Below are positions 1 through 12,758 of a stretch of 64,000 nt of DNA, piece after piece. Origin of the DNA: Haliotis rubra. Lineage: Eukaryota. Made by a program: the position numbers and the translations under genes. The stretch lies in contig NW_025765021.1 of assembly GCF_003918875.1 (NCBI RefSeq), positions 124,001 through 188,000 on the forward strand, written 5' to 3'. The notes beneath the pieces are model-generated. The model was not told the DNA's origin. It saw only the letters and a program-made list of their open reading frames with translations, and ran no database searches. How positions within the stretch are numbered: position 1 is the first letter of the stretch; each line of letters opens with the position of its first letter.

Positions 1-1085
1 ATCATGCAAACGAACATGATTATATGAACATACATGTGGTTTTAAGGACATCAACAATGGTAGGAGTTGCGATACTCTTTCTATTTGTATAGTTGAACAC
101 AATTATATAGTGCTCAATACATAAATTTAGTTGATAATATAATTTACGTGGCCAGTTTTGAGAGGGTCTTGGCAGGCCTGATCCGTCTTGATGGTCTACT
201 TGCCATGATTAGTGGTTTGGGCCATCTAGCGTCTGATTGGGCCATCAAACGTGTGATTGGTCCGTCGACACATAAATAATATCCAAATGGAAATATTAAC
301 GAAACGAAATTTCCGGGAATTTTCTTGAACAACCCTCCCCTCCATCCCACTGAATAGCTGTGGGGTGAAATTGGATGTTGTGTTCTCGAAACGCCTAACA
401 ATCCGCAATGGGCCCTAATCCAGACAATCCCCAGACAATGCAAGGCAGATCTCCTGGTCCATTCGTGGTCATGATCTCGTTCTGTAACATGCACACTATA
501 ACATGCATACTCGAGTGATTTCAGGTAGACTAGGTTGGTGGGGCATGAGCTGAATAGTGTCTCTGATATCTTAGTATCGTCTACAGTTTTGTTCTAATAA
601 TTTCAATGAGCAATCTGGGATTTAGTTTTGTATGATACATTGAGGGTATCTCGAAGCAATGTTCCAATATTTATCTTTCCAATAGGGTGTCACTGCCAGA
701 TTGCCAGATGTCTCCTTAGACAAACGACATATTGAAGTAAATTCTTCATTTTCTATATAGCTCTTGACAACTGAGGGGCTAATGAATTCCATGTGATCAA
801 TGTCTCAGTGTGCACTGTAAAGCAAGCCGATTTTATGACCATAAAGACACTGAAAGCGAGAAAATATGACAACTTCCTGTTGGATTCCTGACCTAAAACA
901 ATATCTGATCTCTATCAATGACAATAAATGATTTAGTTATTGCTTCAAAGGTACTCCTGTTATCTAAAACAGAGTTTCCGTTATTATTTGTGCCTCCATT
1001 AAAAGAACATCTAAAGTAGGTAAATTGTAACCCCAGCTTTGTCCGTCGCCTGCTAATCCGATACTTTTCATAAAGAACAGATCTG

Positions 1086-1347
1086 GCCCCGATTTCTCTT
1101 AAGTTTTTACTCAAATTTCAAACTGAGTTGGACAATTTGAAACGGATGAATTTTCAACTCAACTGGATGTTTTAAATTAAAAAGCCCAAACAACTTAAGT
1201 AATCTATCCACCAAACTCAAATTGTCTACTATGTTTGAGTTTAATATCGATTTTAGTTCATTCTGGGAAATGCATTTTTTCAAATTTGAGTAAAAACTCT
1301 AACTTAAGTCGAAACTCAGACTTAAGTTTGTTTCGAGAAATCGGGGC
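1086..1347. mobile_element. MITE (PIF/Harbinger-like, CWG-flanked)
   Basis: Terminal inverted repeats gccccgatttctc / gagaaatcggggc flanked by ctg and cag; further internal inverted segments (tttttactcaaattt / aaatttgagtaaaaa); no ORF. Confidence 0.6.
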
Positions 1348-1362
1348 CAGGTAACTGCTTAC

Positions 1363-1639
1363 CTGACACTGAATACAGAGCCTTATAAGTGTTATCTACT
1401 GTTTGTGCCTCCACTGGCAGTACTGGGAAAATCTCAATGTGTCCCGCGCCTCCAGATGATGTGTTATTTGTACTTCCCATAAACAACAGAACTTGTGGCA
1501 TGAGCTCTATGAATGTTCCTCTCAGACAGGCTAAAATCATAACAACGAATACTAAACACCACGCCTTTAACCCATCAGGGGGATCTACAACCACATCAGC
1601 TGTCGGGATGGTCAGTTCTTGACCAGTTCCGGAGTCCAT
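1363..1639 (-). CDS. First coding exon of a second SLC16/MCT-like transporter; gene continues left of the window
   Basis: ATG follows an acceptor (ATTTCAG|GTATTTACC-ATG). Encodes VDPPDGLKAWCLVFVVMILACLRG, similar to the SLC16 PDGGWGW plus TM1 signature. Ends at a phase-1 donor TCAG|GTAAG, the same phase and position as exon 3 of the 15.5-26.2 kb paralog. Confidence 0.7.
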
Positions 1640-2465
1640 GGTAAATACCTGAAATGTATGTAAAAAACCTTAGCAGGGAGACACAGAGTGAAAGAGTGGT
1701 CTCAGCTGACGCAGTTTACTGGTGTCAGAGGGGTCCATGGTCATAAGATCTCAGCCCAGATGTTGTTCAATAATGAACTCATTTTATTGTCACTTAACCC
1801 GTGTCCGCGGGATGAAACAAACCAGTTCCCCAAAGCTGCCTCTCTGCCCAGCCGTTTTAAGACAGAATTCACCCACAGATCCTCATATACCAGGACATTC
1901 TTCAAAAACAACCAAGCAGTCTTGCAAAATATATGATCGACTGCATGAAGTCTAATCTCACTGTGCTATGTAAATTTAATTTGCAGAAAATAATAGTTGG
2001 CGGAACTACACAACCAAATACACTTCCGTATGGTAAAATCAGTGTGTTGTTTAACGAAGCAGTATTTCAGCTAAATTACGGCGGTGTGTAATCGAACCTG
2101 GACCAGACAATCCAGTGATTGACATGAGCAACGATCTACGCAAATTGGACACACTGACATGCATGGACCGGGTCATGGAGCCTGAACCGCCAGTCGCCTC
2201 TTACGACAATAATGGGTTGCTGATGACCAATTCTACCACTGATATTTACGGTCAGTCACGATACCAGGTTTTCGCGATAAGTGTTATCATGATGACTGCC
2301 CTCGCTAACTGCAGCAACAACCACACACACAATGTGTATACAGAATCAAGTGTTTGTTCGCCTGATGCAGCACAATGCATAGTGTATATGATTCAACAAA
2401 CTGCGAGTCTATGAACATGTGGTTGAATGTTGTTTTACGCCACAATCAATAATATCTGCGTCTGT

Positions 2466-2595
2466 ATTCTTTATGATGAGACGTTTCGACCCTTATGCCG
2501 TTTTCAAGCAAGACAACAAGTCTCTTGACAACTTATAAGGACTAAATGCGAAAAGTCTAATTCAAAATAGAATAAAGAATTTTTATCCATAAACG
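2466..2595. mobile_element. Penelope-derived palindromic mini-element (degenerate hammerhead-like core)
   Basis: acgtttcga...tcaagca / cttgacaac...cgaaa...aataaagaat...atccataaa; same layout as the 17.5, 17.7 and 35.6 kb copies. Confidence 0.45.
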
Positions 2596-2944
2596 TACTT
2601 TGCACCTGTAGTGTATCTGCACCGCCGGTATATAAAGGGTGCAATAATCATGAATATGATATTTAATGCATGCACGACTACTCACAAACACACCCCGTTA
2701 GAGCAATGGTTCTGTGAGCAAACGTTGGATTCTATAAATCGCGTTTATTACAATAGTAATGTAAAGTAGACGAGCACTGGCATTGCAGGACAATGACAAA
2801 ACACATGCTCACTGACGAGGGTCGTACATTTCTGCTGATCTGCTCTGAAATCGTAGCACTAATGGAACTGATTGTGAAATCAACTTGGATACTAGGCAAT
2901 TAAATATATTTGTGATGAATATATATTACTTGAAGGAAAACCAA

Positions 2945-3085
2945 GCTCTATGGATAGTCAACTTCTTTACTGCACTGAGTGCGACGTTTCGGTGTAATGA
3001 GACTCATTGCAATAAAGAACTAGACTGTCCATATGACCTGTTTTTCCTTCATCTATACAACTTCTAAAATGCTTCTCAAAGAAGT
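2945..3085. mobile_element. Penelope-derived palindromic mini-element
   Basis: tatggata..acttcttta..gcgacgtttcgg / aataaagaac..tccata, plus the shared tail cttctaaaatgcttctcaaagaag. Confidence 0.45.
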
Positions 3086-4792
3086 TATATATTACTTGCT
3101 CAACATATATGAAAACTGAACTTCGGGTCTTGTCTGTTGTAATGTTGATTTAGAAAGAGTGTTTGTTGTTTTTTCAAACTGTCGTGGATAAAGCAACGGG
3201 AATTGTCCTCCAGTGTTTTTAAAATTAGTGAAACCACTTGGCCAAATGCTCTTGTTTTGTTTTTTGCCAACCCTAAGAGAAATTCTGACTCGTCTGCACA
3301 GAGGAGAGGAGCACATGCTGTGTCCATGTCCTTGCCTGTCCATCCCCAAATTTCACATTTCATTTATGACTCAATTTAATGGTAACACATCAAGTACTGC
3401 TTTGACAGTTTTTCTTACTTAGTTTATGTACTAAATATGGAAGATGAAACTGAATGTTTTTCAACGTGGATTAAGAATTGTGTGATGTTGTCTTTGGTAG
3501 AATGCAAAAACGGAAAAATGGAATAAACCCATTCTTCCCAAATTAGCTTCTAAAAAACAGTTAATAAACCCATTCTTCCCAAATTAGCTTCTAAAAACCG
3601 TTTAGTTGTTCCCTTTGGCAAGGTTTTAGATAACACAACAAGTATCAATAACACATCATAGAATACTACATATAACGACATAATATTAACCGAAGTACAA
3701 TCCACTAAAACATACCCTGGGCTAAAACCTGTAGACATGTTCTTATTTCTAATGTGTTGACTACTAAATCGCCACAGATATCTGTACATATTTAATATTG
3801 CATGGTCCAATAAAAGAAGCATAACATCCCTGCCTTGAAGATTAACTGAAATTTTAAAAACTATCAAAGCAGGACTGTTTATTTACAGAAAGTATTTGAG
3901 ACAATCCAGTGTTGTCAATACTGTTGCTTCTTGCTCTTTTCCATCAAGAACAGGTGCTTGATCGTGACTCGTTCTTTCACGGATGTTGTTACAACGGGTA
4001 TGGCATCATGCCTGTATGGATGGATGGATGGATGCATGCATGTATGTATGTATTCCATTCAAGGCAATACTTTAAATGAGTACAAAATTGGAAGGACCAG
4101 TTTATGGATGAATAGTTATGTTTCAGGGCAAATATGTTCTTTGTCAAAAGTGCAGCAAACTTTTAAATATCTGTAGCAGCTATCATCAGATACATTCATA
4201 GTTCGTGATTCCCGAAATTAGCGATCTTGGCTTGACATGGGAATTGACAACGTGAACCCGATTTTTATAGCTGACATCAGACACACCTACCTGTGTCCCT
4301 GTTTCCTGTGATGGGGAACCTTGGTCCTTGTCGTCGTGTCCACTCATCTCAGGGAACCTTTCACAGGTCATCTTGGGCGAAAGGGGATCGGTTTGTCTTC
4401 CTACTTTGTTGGCTATTTCAAGAAGAAGATGCTTATTTTGTAAAGGTTGCAGAGTAACAATAGGTAGAGCAACTTGCACATATTGCGTGCGGTATTACAT
4501 CAGTTTTGACATGGAATTTCTCCATTATCCATTGTGAATTGAATGTTCGGATTTGAACCAGAGAAACACTGTGCTGAAATTATCGCAGACAGGCAACTAA
4601 CCAGTTGTTGTTTGAATTGAACGAAATTTACAAAAATGATCAGCAATGTTCACTTAAATAGGCAATACAACAAGACAACCAGAACATCGACGTCATTATC
4701 TCCTGTGAAGCAGACAACAGTTTCAATGGGAAGCACTCAAACTGAGAGGGTTCTCATTACCACTGAGTCACGTTTACTTCTTCACCGCGGTA

Positions 4793-4909
4793 GGGGCGGT
4801 GGGGTAGCCAAGTGGTTAAATCATTCGCTCGTCACGCCGGAGACCCGGGTTTGATTCCCCACATGAGTACAATGTGTGAAGCCCATTGCTGGTGTCCCCA
4901 CACTCACAC
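4793..4909 (+). mobile_element. tRNA-derived SINE, family C
   Basis: A box gtagccaagtgg, B box gggtttgattccc, body catgagtacaatgtgtgaagcccat; many copies in the window. Confidence 0.8.
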
Positions 4910-5339
4910 TCTTCACAGCGCTGACGACAGGACACGTGTCTACAGGCACAAAAGCGAACGTGCCTCTGCAAGGAGATGGTTTCGGAGGTAGCTATGCAAA
5001 AATAAAGTGGATTTCATTCTCTATACTTATTGTAAAAAAAACCCATACAAGTTACTTCACGGATCACGGAGTACAGGTAAATGTTACATTAGCCATGTGT
5101 TCTGGGAAAGGATCGTTTTTAAGGTGGAGGATCGATACAGATGGGATATCAGTTGCGGTAAGGACGCCAGTGGATACAATAGAACGCCTCTGAAGTGACG
5201 TGTCAGATCATGCGAGATGAGAAGCAAGAGGTATCTCCACATATATATACCTATAGAAAATAACTCCCGGGATCTAATAGAATTGAAAGGACATGTATAT
5301 AGGATTGTAGCACAGTGTGGTGCCTTCAAGAACTCTGTC

Positions 5340-6470
5340 TAAATCAGCAAAAGTTCACATATCCCTCTGATCTGTAATATATTTGAAGAAAAAGGGTTTT
5401 CAAAATTTGTTTGCTTGGGGAACAGGAAAATTCGTAAGAATGGTGTTAGTGTTCTCAAAAGCAGCCTGATAATTGCTGTCCCAAACAAATTCACCCTTTT
5501 GCCTTGCAAATAAGCGAGATGGACTACCCCCAAGTGAAAACTTTCGACAGAATTGACGGCAGTAACCAACCATTCCCAGAAATTTCAGAAACATGTTTTC
5601 GATAGAAATTTGGAAAAACAATCTGATGGAAAACCTTCATTTCATTATCAACAGGTACATCTGACAACCTCCATTTCCTTATCAAAATGATATCCTTGGA
5701 ATAATAGCGAACTGGAACATTGTCAGTTGCTTCTAAAGGGAGTGCCCGATTGGCAAGAACGTTTAGTCTTCTCCCTGTAATTCAACCAACTGTCCTTGCC
5801 CAGAATTGGTTCCTCAACAGCCAAATTGGTAGTGTTTTTAGTACTCTCCCACAGAATTTAGACAAGAGAATGATCCATGAAAGCCAAATCATAACCGGAA
5901 TATTTCTCATAAGACATTAGCCTTAGCACGAGTAGTAACACATATAAAACACATGGTATTTCTATTTATGAGCCGTGTGAGCAGGAACATAATAAAGCCA
6001 ACACCTTTGATAGGAAGAGTTTCTACAACCCCTCCTATAAACACAAAATGGAATGGTAAAACCACATAAACTCTTTAACAAAACCACGGCGTTGGCTAAG
6101 GACTCAAGAAATGACAAAATACTATCAAATTCAGGTGTATCAACTCCTATCAGTATGCAAGGCAGAATAAAAAAACGTCTTGAGCTCTCCGCCTTAATAT
6201 ACTTTGCAATAGCATGGCCGACTGACTATCAGGCCATTACAAATTTAGAGCCACATTTTCACAAAATGTAAGAATTATTTTGGAACATTACGCCCAGAGA
6301 AGAGTGGAACGAGTCTAATCTATCAAAATAAAACTATCATTCACCGTAAAGGTAGCGAAAGAGATATGACTTTGTAAATCAATTTCCCAGTTTAATTTCT
6401 TTATCAGCTTGAATTTCTAATTCTTTTATCCTCAAATCTTTCTTCCTCAACCTGGAATGTGATCAACATG
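5340..6470 (-). mobile_element. Gypsy LTR retrotransposon remnant (gag and RT-RNaseH connection)
   Basis: Minus-strand FLKFLGMVGYCRQFC...EFVWDSNYQAAFE (RT thumb/connection) and VALNL*WP..AMLLQSIL..RAQD (gag-like); many stops and frameshifts. Confidence 0.65.
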
Positions 6471-6489
6471 TTCTAAACATCAGCTTTAG

Positions 6490-7505
6490 CATGCCAGATT
6501 TAATATACTCGTAACAAACTTCTCCACACTAAACACTGAAGTTTTGTGTTCTTTCACACGTGTAGCTACTGGTCTGCCTATCTCACCAAAGTAGATCAAG
6601 TTCAGCATCATCCGAAACCTGAACCATCTCCCATCCGCATCAGCATCCCGTATGTTGGGCCCATCAGCCACCAAGTCATCAGACTTATGAAGTAAATGGC
6701 CAGCATTGACACAATATTCTCAAAACCCTTAAAACCTTGTTACGTTCAAATGGTAAGGAGTGCAATCAGGCTATCTCCAACCCAAGAGGCTGTGTATATA
6801 ACCTAAATTGTGACTGTGGTGACATCTACATCGGTGAGACAGGCAGACCAGTAGCTACACGCGTGAAAGGACACAACTTCAGTCGACAAATTGGATCTGA
6901 AATGTGCAGTTTCTCAGCACATTATGAATAATCCCAAACATGAGTTGACTGGGAAGTTCTTGCAAAACACATTAGTGACTGGCGGAAACGCAAGTTGATT
7001 GAAGCTATCTTCATCAAACGTACAAAACCAGTAATAAACAGGGCTCAGGATGTGTACCTCCCGAATGCATGGTTCATAAAACAATAGACAATGCCCCACT
7101 GTTCCCATGTTTAAACCACAATTTCTATATATACACTGCAATTACTTTACATTCTATACATTTATTAATAAGTATCTGTACATTTCTAAATTAATACGCA
7201 ATTTTGAATAATAAGTATCTGTACATTTCTAAGTTAATCCAATATTTTTGCAGTAAAGAATATTATTTTATATATTCATGATAACATGTATTCATATTAG
7301 CCCTGTTAGCTCTATCCATTATGACCTCCATCATGACCTCCACATGTATTGCGTCGTCATAGCATTGTGACGCCATAAGCATTGTGACGTCACGGACAGA
7401 GTTAACAGTTACTGTTCTTTAGTTTTACCTGATGGGGCCAGAACAAGCCCTGAAACGTTGTACCAAACAATAAAACAAGATGAAAAAATCTTCTAAAATG
7501 CCAAT
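6490..7505 (+). mobile_element. Penelope-like element 3' fragment (GIY-YIG endonuclease, pseudo-LTR with hammerhead-like motif)
   Basis: IPYVGP...GCVYNLNCDCGDIYIGETGRPVATRVKGH. An inverted partial copy of this segment lies at about 6495-6600. Downstream: CTGATG-GGGC..GCCC-TGAAACGTTG..AATAAA at 7429-7474. Confidence 0.8.
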
Positions 7506-8090
7506 CAAACATGCATTGTTTCTGTTTTTGAAGGATTAAAAGTAACTTGCCACGTATTTTCCCAGTTGGATATCTTTTCTAGATCGTCATTTAAGCAGTT
7601 AGCTGCTTCAGATGGATCGTCTACGATAACATAAATGGACGTATAATCAGCAAAAAGTCTGATGCTACTGTTAATCCCATCCACTATGTCGTATGCATCA
7701 CTTTTGTCGGCCCTGTACATGGTTCCAATCAGATAGGAACAAGATTTACATGTTACCTGTACCCATATAGCCTCCAGTCCTACAATGTTTAATTGTTGTA
7801 TATGCTGTACTATTAAATTTTCCTTCACGTATATTGCAAATCCTTCTAAATTGAGGTTGGAACCCCGAAATATGGAGAATTTTATCATCTATATCAGCCC
7901 GCTGCCATGATTTCCTAATACATATTTTATCGTATGACCCGAATTCCGTTTTCAATATATCGGTTTTGTCTTAAAGACTTCGGATATTTAAGTGGACTAT
8001 TCTTAAATGTAGATTAAGTTGTTCAAGATTAGGATGAACATTACCACAACAAAGCAATAAGATTGATAATAGTAAAGGCTACTCACTGTT
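7505..8090 (-). mobile_element. CR1-like LINE remnant, internally deleted
   Basis: Endonuclease fragments (VHLNIRSL, LEAIWVQV..YLIGTMYR) fused to RT fragment SIRLFADYTSIY...LNDDLEKISNW...WQVTFNPSKT. Confidence 0.75.
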
Positions 8091-8477
8091 ATATTGTATA
8101 AGCAGTGGAGTTTGGTTAAGCGTATAAAGGTTTTCAGATTAATTACCGATTTTTATATGTATTTTGACTGCAAAATGGCCCACTGCCTGTCTGTATTGTG
8201 CCTCACTGTGATTATCGCCCATTGGTTACCCGCCCCATATTCATGGAGGACAACCCTAGGCAACATCATTCGGTCTGTGGAAGAGTTACTGCGGAATAAT
8301 GCTATTGAAAGTCTCTCGGCAACTGCAGGTGAGAAGGATGGAGGCTGTCGCCCAGGCACGTGGCTGATACACGAGATCCCGATGTCAAACAGTTCGGTAG
8401 ATTTTCAGGGGGCAATACAGATAGCGAGATCCGTCATCACGTCATCACGTGTCTTGCTAGGATAATACTGTTTCAAT

Positions 8478-8551
8478 CACAGTGTTGGCATTTCTCACAC
8501 ACAGAGTGTTGGCATTTCTCACACACAGAGTGTTGGCATTTCTCACACACA
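8478..8551. repeat. 24-bp tandem repeat, 3 copies
   Basis: (cagagtgttggcatttctcacaca)x3. Confidence 0.9.
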
Positions 8552-9837
8552 GGGCGTATAAATTAACATATTGCCAGTGAGACTTAGAACAGACTATACT
8601 GAATAGTCTTTAATATTTCAGATGTAAGGAACTATCAACGGTTTTCATTTCAGATATTTCAGATTTTAGGAACTGTCAAGGGTTTTCAATTCCTGTACGA
8701 ACACCAAGCTGTTAATTCATAGGATTGATCTGAAGAAGGTGACCTTGGTCGCCCATGGCACGTTCGTCAGTTAATTAAATAATGAAAAATATCGCGGTCG
8801 GTATTTTTTCAACAGGGATAACAACAAATCAGTGTGTACAGATACTGTTGAAGAATATACATACAAAACACCAAAGGAGATTATGAATCTGTTGAATGAC
8901 GGTGCGGGACTTTGTCATTTGTCAGGAACTAATTCAGGACAGCCAATGTCCGATGGACATTCAATTCCAACCAATTGACAACCATTTTTGGCATGAGTAT
9001 AGTAATATATATTTATGTATGAAATTTCGATCCCGGACGCGCCCATACATATCAGAACTCGAAATGAAACCAATAAACAGCTATGAGATGGAATATTATT
9101 AACTATTCAAATTTAACGTAACTACAGGTATGCAACATAATATATATCACGGCGACGAATTCACTGTGGCAGTACAACAGTAAAGTACAGTGGCAGTAGA
9201 AATCCAAAGGCTTTATAATATACAAGCAGTGATTATGGTAAAAATCACGGATATGGTAATATTCACCTTACTGCAACAATGGTCAAGTTTCCAAAATAGG
9301 CCGAGTATCCAGAGTAAGAATGGTCTCCACACAATTGCTGGTCTTCTTCTATCCTGAGAGGAAATATTAACAACAGTTAGATCCCCTGAAATATTTATGA
9401 AAAAGACTCCAGAACATTTTCCTGTGTCGCTTGTTTCCCTGTCCAACTGCTTTTCGAATATTTCATGATTTGTCCGTTCAAAAGACTTTTGACATATTTC
9501 TGCGCATGAATTCTTGACAAGAGGACACCAATTTCCATTACAAAAGCTTTCCGTTATATTGTAGTGGTATCAGACATAACCCATCCCAGCACGGAACGCT
9601 AAAACCACGATTGTTAACACTACGAACCAATCGATTGTGAATCAACTGTGTATTTGTATATGTACTTAATGTGATATAACAACCTCTTTAATATATTGTT
9701 GCGAAACGTCGCATCATGATATATTAAAGAAGTTGGTATCCATACAGTAACATACCTTTCTCATTATTCATTAATCCTAATCAAACAGATTATGTGTGTG
9801 TAACTACATATACACACAGATATATAGATAGATAAAT

Positions 9838-9912
9838 AGAGAGAGAGGGAGGGAGAGAGAGAGAGAGTGTGTGTGTGTGTGTGTGTATGTGTGTGTGTGT
9901 GTGTGTGTGTGT
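9838..9912. repeat. Compound (GA)n(GT)n microsatellite
   Basis: Seen directly. Confidence 0.95.
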
Positions 9913-11049
9913 AATTCATAACGTGAGGCACTCCAGTATTGCAACTGCCTGTGCAGTGGGCGAACAAGAAAATGCCGTTCCAAGAACGCCATGAGGCCCT
10001 TTCGTTTCTTTTCTGGTTTATTTGCCATAATGAAAAAAAAGACTCGTTTGACTTCATAGATCATGTGGAGTTTGCAAGTTTAACATATCCATATGAACAG
10101 ATGGTTTACTTGGAATGATTTGGCTATAGATAAGTACCATCTGAATTATTCTAATGTGATAAAATGAAGATAATATGAGCAACACATGTCTTTATGTATC
10201 GTGTAAAAATATGGTTTAATGTGTTATTGATACACCGGTGAATCTTCTCAGCCTTTAGTTACCAATTGATGGTATGTGCGCAAAGATTGGGTGAAACATT
10301 TTCACCTTATTGTGAAAAGAAGTTTAAATGAAGTGACTGGTCAAGTAAAATTTCTCAGGCGGTTTTAATGTCACAGTAATTGGCAGTCTCGATGTAAAAC
10401 ACACTGAGGCAGTAAACTTATAGTATGATTCAGAACAATTGCACATCTTTCAAAACAAGTTCAGTCATGTATTCATCATACAAATATAAACAATCGTAAC
10501 AATCGTTTTAACACTGAATATATACGTACAAGTGCTTTCAAGACGAATTATTTGCCTATTCTTTTCAATCTTTTTGCAATGAAATATATGTGAACTTAAA
10601 GGTGTTTCTTTTAAGAAAATCTTTATAATGGCACGTTTAAAAATATTGATAAAATAAAAAGAATCGGGTTTTTTTAAAACTCTTTTATCAGGAAACTGGT
10701 TTATAAATTCAAAATTGAATGACCACATGGTTCAATATAACTGCAACTGCATCCACATCATAGGGGATAAGATGATCAATTTCTGTCTCTAATAACTGCC
10801 CTGTAACCGGTGTCCAAAATGTTCTGTTCACTACTAAAGTTTAAAACGAGGTTCGCCATGCGTTTGGAAAGGGGCGTCACTCTAAACACCCAAGAATTAA
10901 ATCCATAATTAAGCCCTTAAATACGGAAAAAATCCCGTATTTTAGCCCATGGGCTAATTTTCGCGTGGATCTAAATACGAGAATGCTAGGTATTTCGGTA
11001 TCAGCCCGATCTGTCCACAAATGAAAAATAGAATGTTGCTAACCGTCGA

Positions 11050-11735
11050 CAGAATAAAAAACCCGGAGTGTCGACATCGCGTGGTCAACATACCATGACG
11101 GTGTTAATTAATGAAAGAGAATGTTTGCTTAGTGATTTGCAAGTGGCTATGGTGGCTATGCTCGTATCATGAGTAAATGAATTAAGTTAATTAAAGAGAG
11201 TGTCTTTTAGATTGTAAGAGAATTAAAGTTGCAAACAGACTATTATTTTACGTTATGCGGGTGGAAGGATTACCATTTTGGAGTTTAACATGCAAAAAAT
11301 ACCGGAAAGATAGAGAAAGCTTACAAATTATTTTGTGATAATGAGAGTAGAAGGATTATCGAAATGCTGCTGAAAACATTTATTTGGATACATTTGGATT
11401 ATATTACTACCCCCAGGATATAAGGTCCATGGACTCTGCCAACTTGGAATCATTTTGAAAATGATGGACACAGAACTAACAATAATTTGGAAGGTTGGCA
11501 CAACAAAATCAACAAGTATGCCATAAAGACAAATGTGTTTGAGGTTGGCGAATGCTGCAAAAAGAACAGTCAGCTACTGAAGTTAAAATTCAGCAGATCC
11601 AAGGATAGCAGAGAGATCCCGTCCGTAGACGTCGCTACCGAATCATCACGCTAGGATTCTATCCTTGAAGGCCGACCTTCTTGCTGACAGACTTACTGAC
11701 GTGTACATACCATTTGTCAGAGTTGCTTCATCTTG
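11050..11735 (+). mobile_element. Mutator-like (MULE) transposase remnant
   Basis: From 11445 reads WNHFENDGHRTNNNLEGWHNKINK, the MULE C-terminal RTNN..EGWH motif; flanks are degraded. Confidence 0.7.
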
Positions 11736-11737
11736 GC

Positions 11738-11947
11738 TGAGTGAGTGAGTGAATTTAGTTTTACGCCGCACTCAGCAATATTCCAGCTATATGGCGGCGG
11801 TCTGTACATAATCGAGTCTGGACCAGACAATCCGCTGATCAACAGCATGAACATCGATCTGCGCATTTGGGAACTGATGGCATGTGTCAACCAAGTCAGC
11901 GAGCCTGACCATGGGTTGCTGAAGACCTATTCTACCCCGGATCTCAC
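11738..11947 (-). mobile_element. Short retroelement family B (structured non-tRNA head)
   Basis: Family consensus body and (ACTC)n tail; TSD cttggctga. Confidence 0.8.
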
Positions 11948-12355
11948 CTTGGCTGAACATTACAGAAAGTAATGATGTGTGGGTAAAAGTCGTTAAAGGG
12001 CAAGTTTACACCGTCTTGCCGTTTTTAAACAAAAATAGTATTTATCTGGTAGTTTCATAGCCAAAACAGTAAAGATGCCACACATTACAAGTTTGTTATT
12101 TTAGATTATTGTTTTATTTGCACATTTACCGAGACTTTTATTTCCATAATAAACACACCGTTGCTTATGTCCCTTGCCTTATGACGTCACTAGTGCGAAT
12201 CGATAAACTAACCACATCTTTAACCTTATTTGACCCCTTTCACGTGGTGTACAGGTGTGTGGTTCTTGCATCTCGCTGCACAGCCTACTGTTGTACCCCC
12301 TACGGTGCCTTGGGGCCAGATGAATTCGTGTACTGCTTTGTTCCGCATTGTGAAA

Positions 12356-12758
12356 CCTGTGAAGATCCGGGTTAGAATTGATCTTCAGTAACCCAAGCTA
12401 GTCGTAAGAAGCGACAAACGGGATCGGGTGGTCAAGGTCGCTGACTTGGTTGACACAAGTTATCGTATCCCAATTGCTTGCCCATGCTGTTATTCACTGG
12501 GGGTGGCCTAGTGGTTAGAGCGTTCGCTCGTCACGCCGAAGACCCGGGTTCGATACCCCACATGGGTACAATGTGTGAAGCCTATTGCTGGTGTCCCTTG
12601 CCGTGATGTTGCCGGAATATTGCTAAAGCCGCGTAAAACTAAACTCACTCACTCACTGTTGATCACTGGATTGTCTGGTCCAGACTCGATTGTTTACAGA
12701 ACGCTGCCATATAACTGGAATATTGCTGAGTGCGGCGTAATACTAAACTCACTCACTC
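12356..12758 (+). mobile_element. Family B element with a nested family C SINE (about 12500-12655)
   Basis: Head cctgtgaagatccgggttagaattgatcttc; nested tRNA-SINE flanked by ctgtt..tcactg duplications. Confidence 0.8.

Noticed and set aside
144-494. 116-aa ORF as a possible next exon of the SLC16-like paralog
   Set aside because: No MFS transmembrane pattern or FGxR motif, and no convincing splice sites in the needed phase.
3100-3870. Possible degraded LINE fragment (CEIWG) and a 33-bp local duplication at 3526-3599
   Set aside because: A single short motif is too weak for classification.
9213-9570. About 119-codon minus-strand open frame, Cys-rich, with several N-x-S/T sequons and a hydrophobic end
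   Set aside because: An in-frame TGA lies just upstream, there is no recognisable homology or partner exon, and a few frames of this length are expected by chance in 64 kb.
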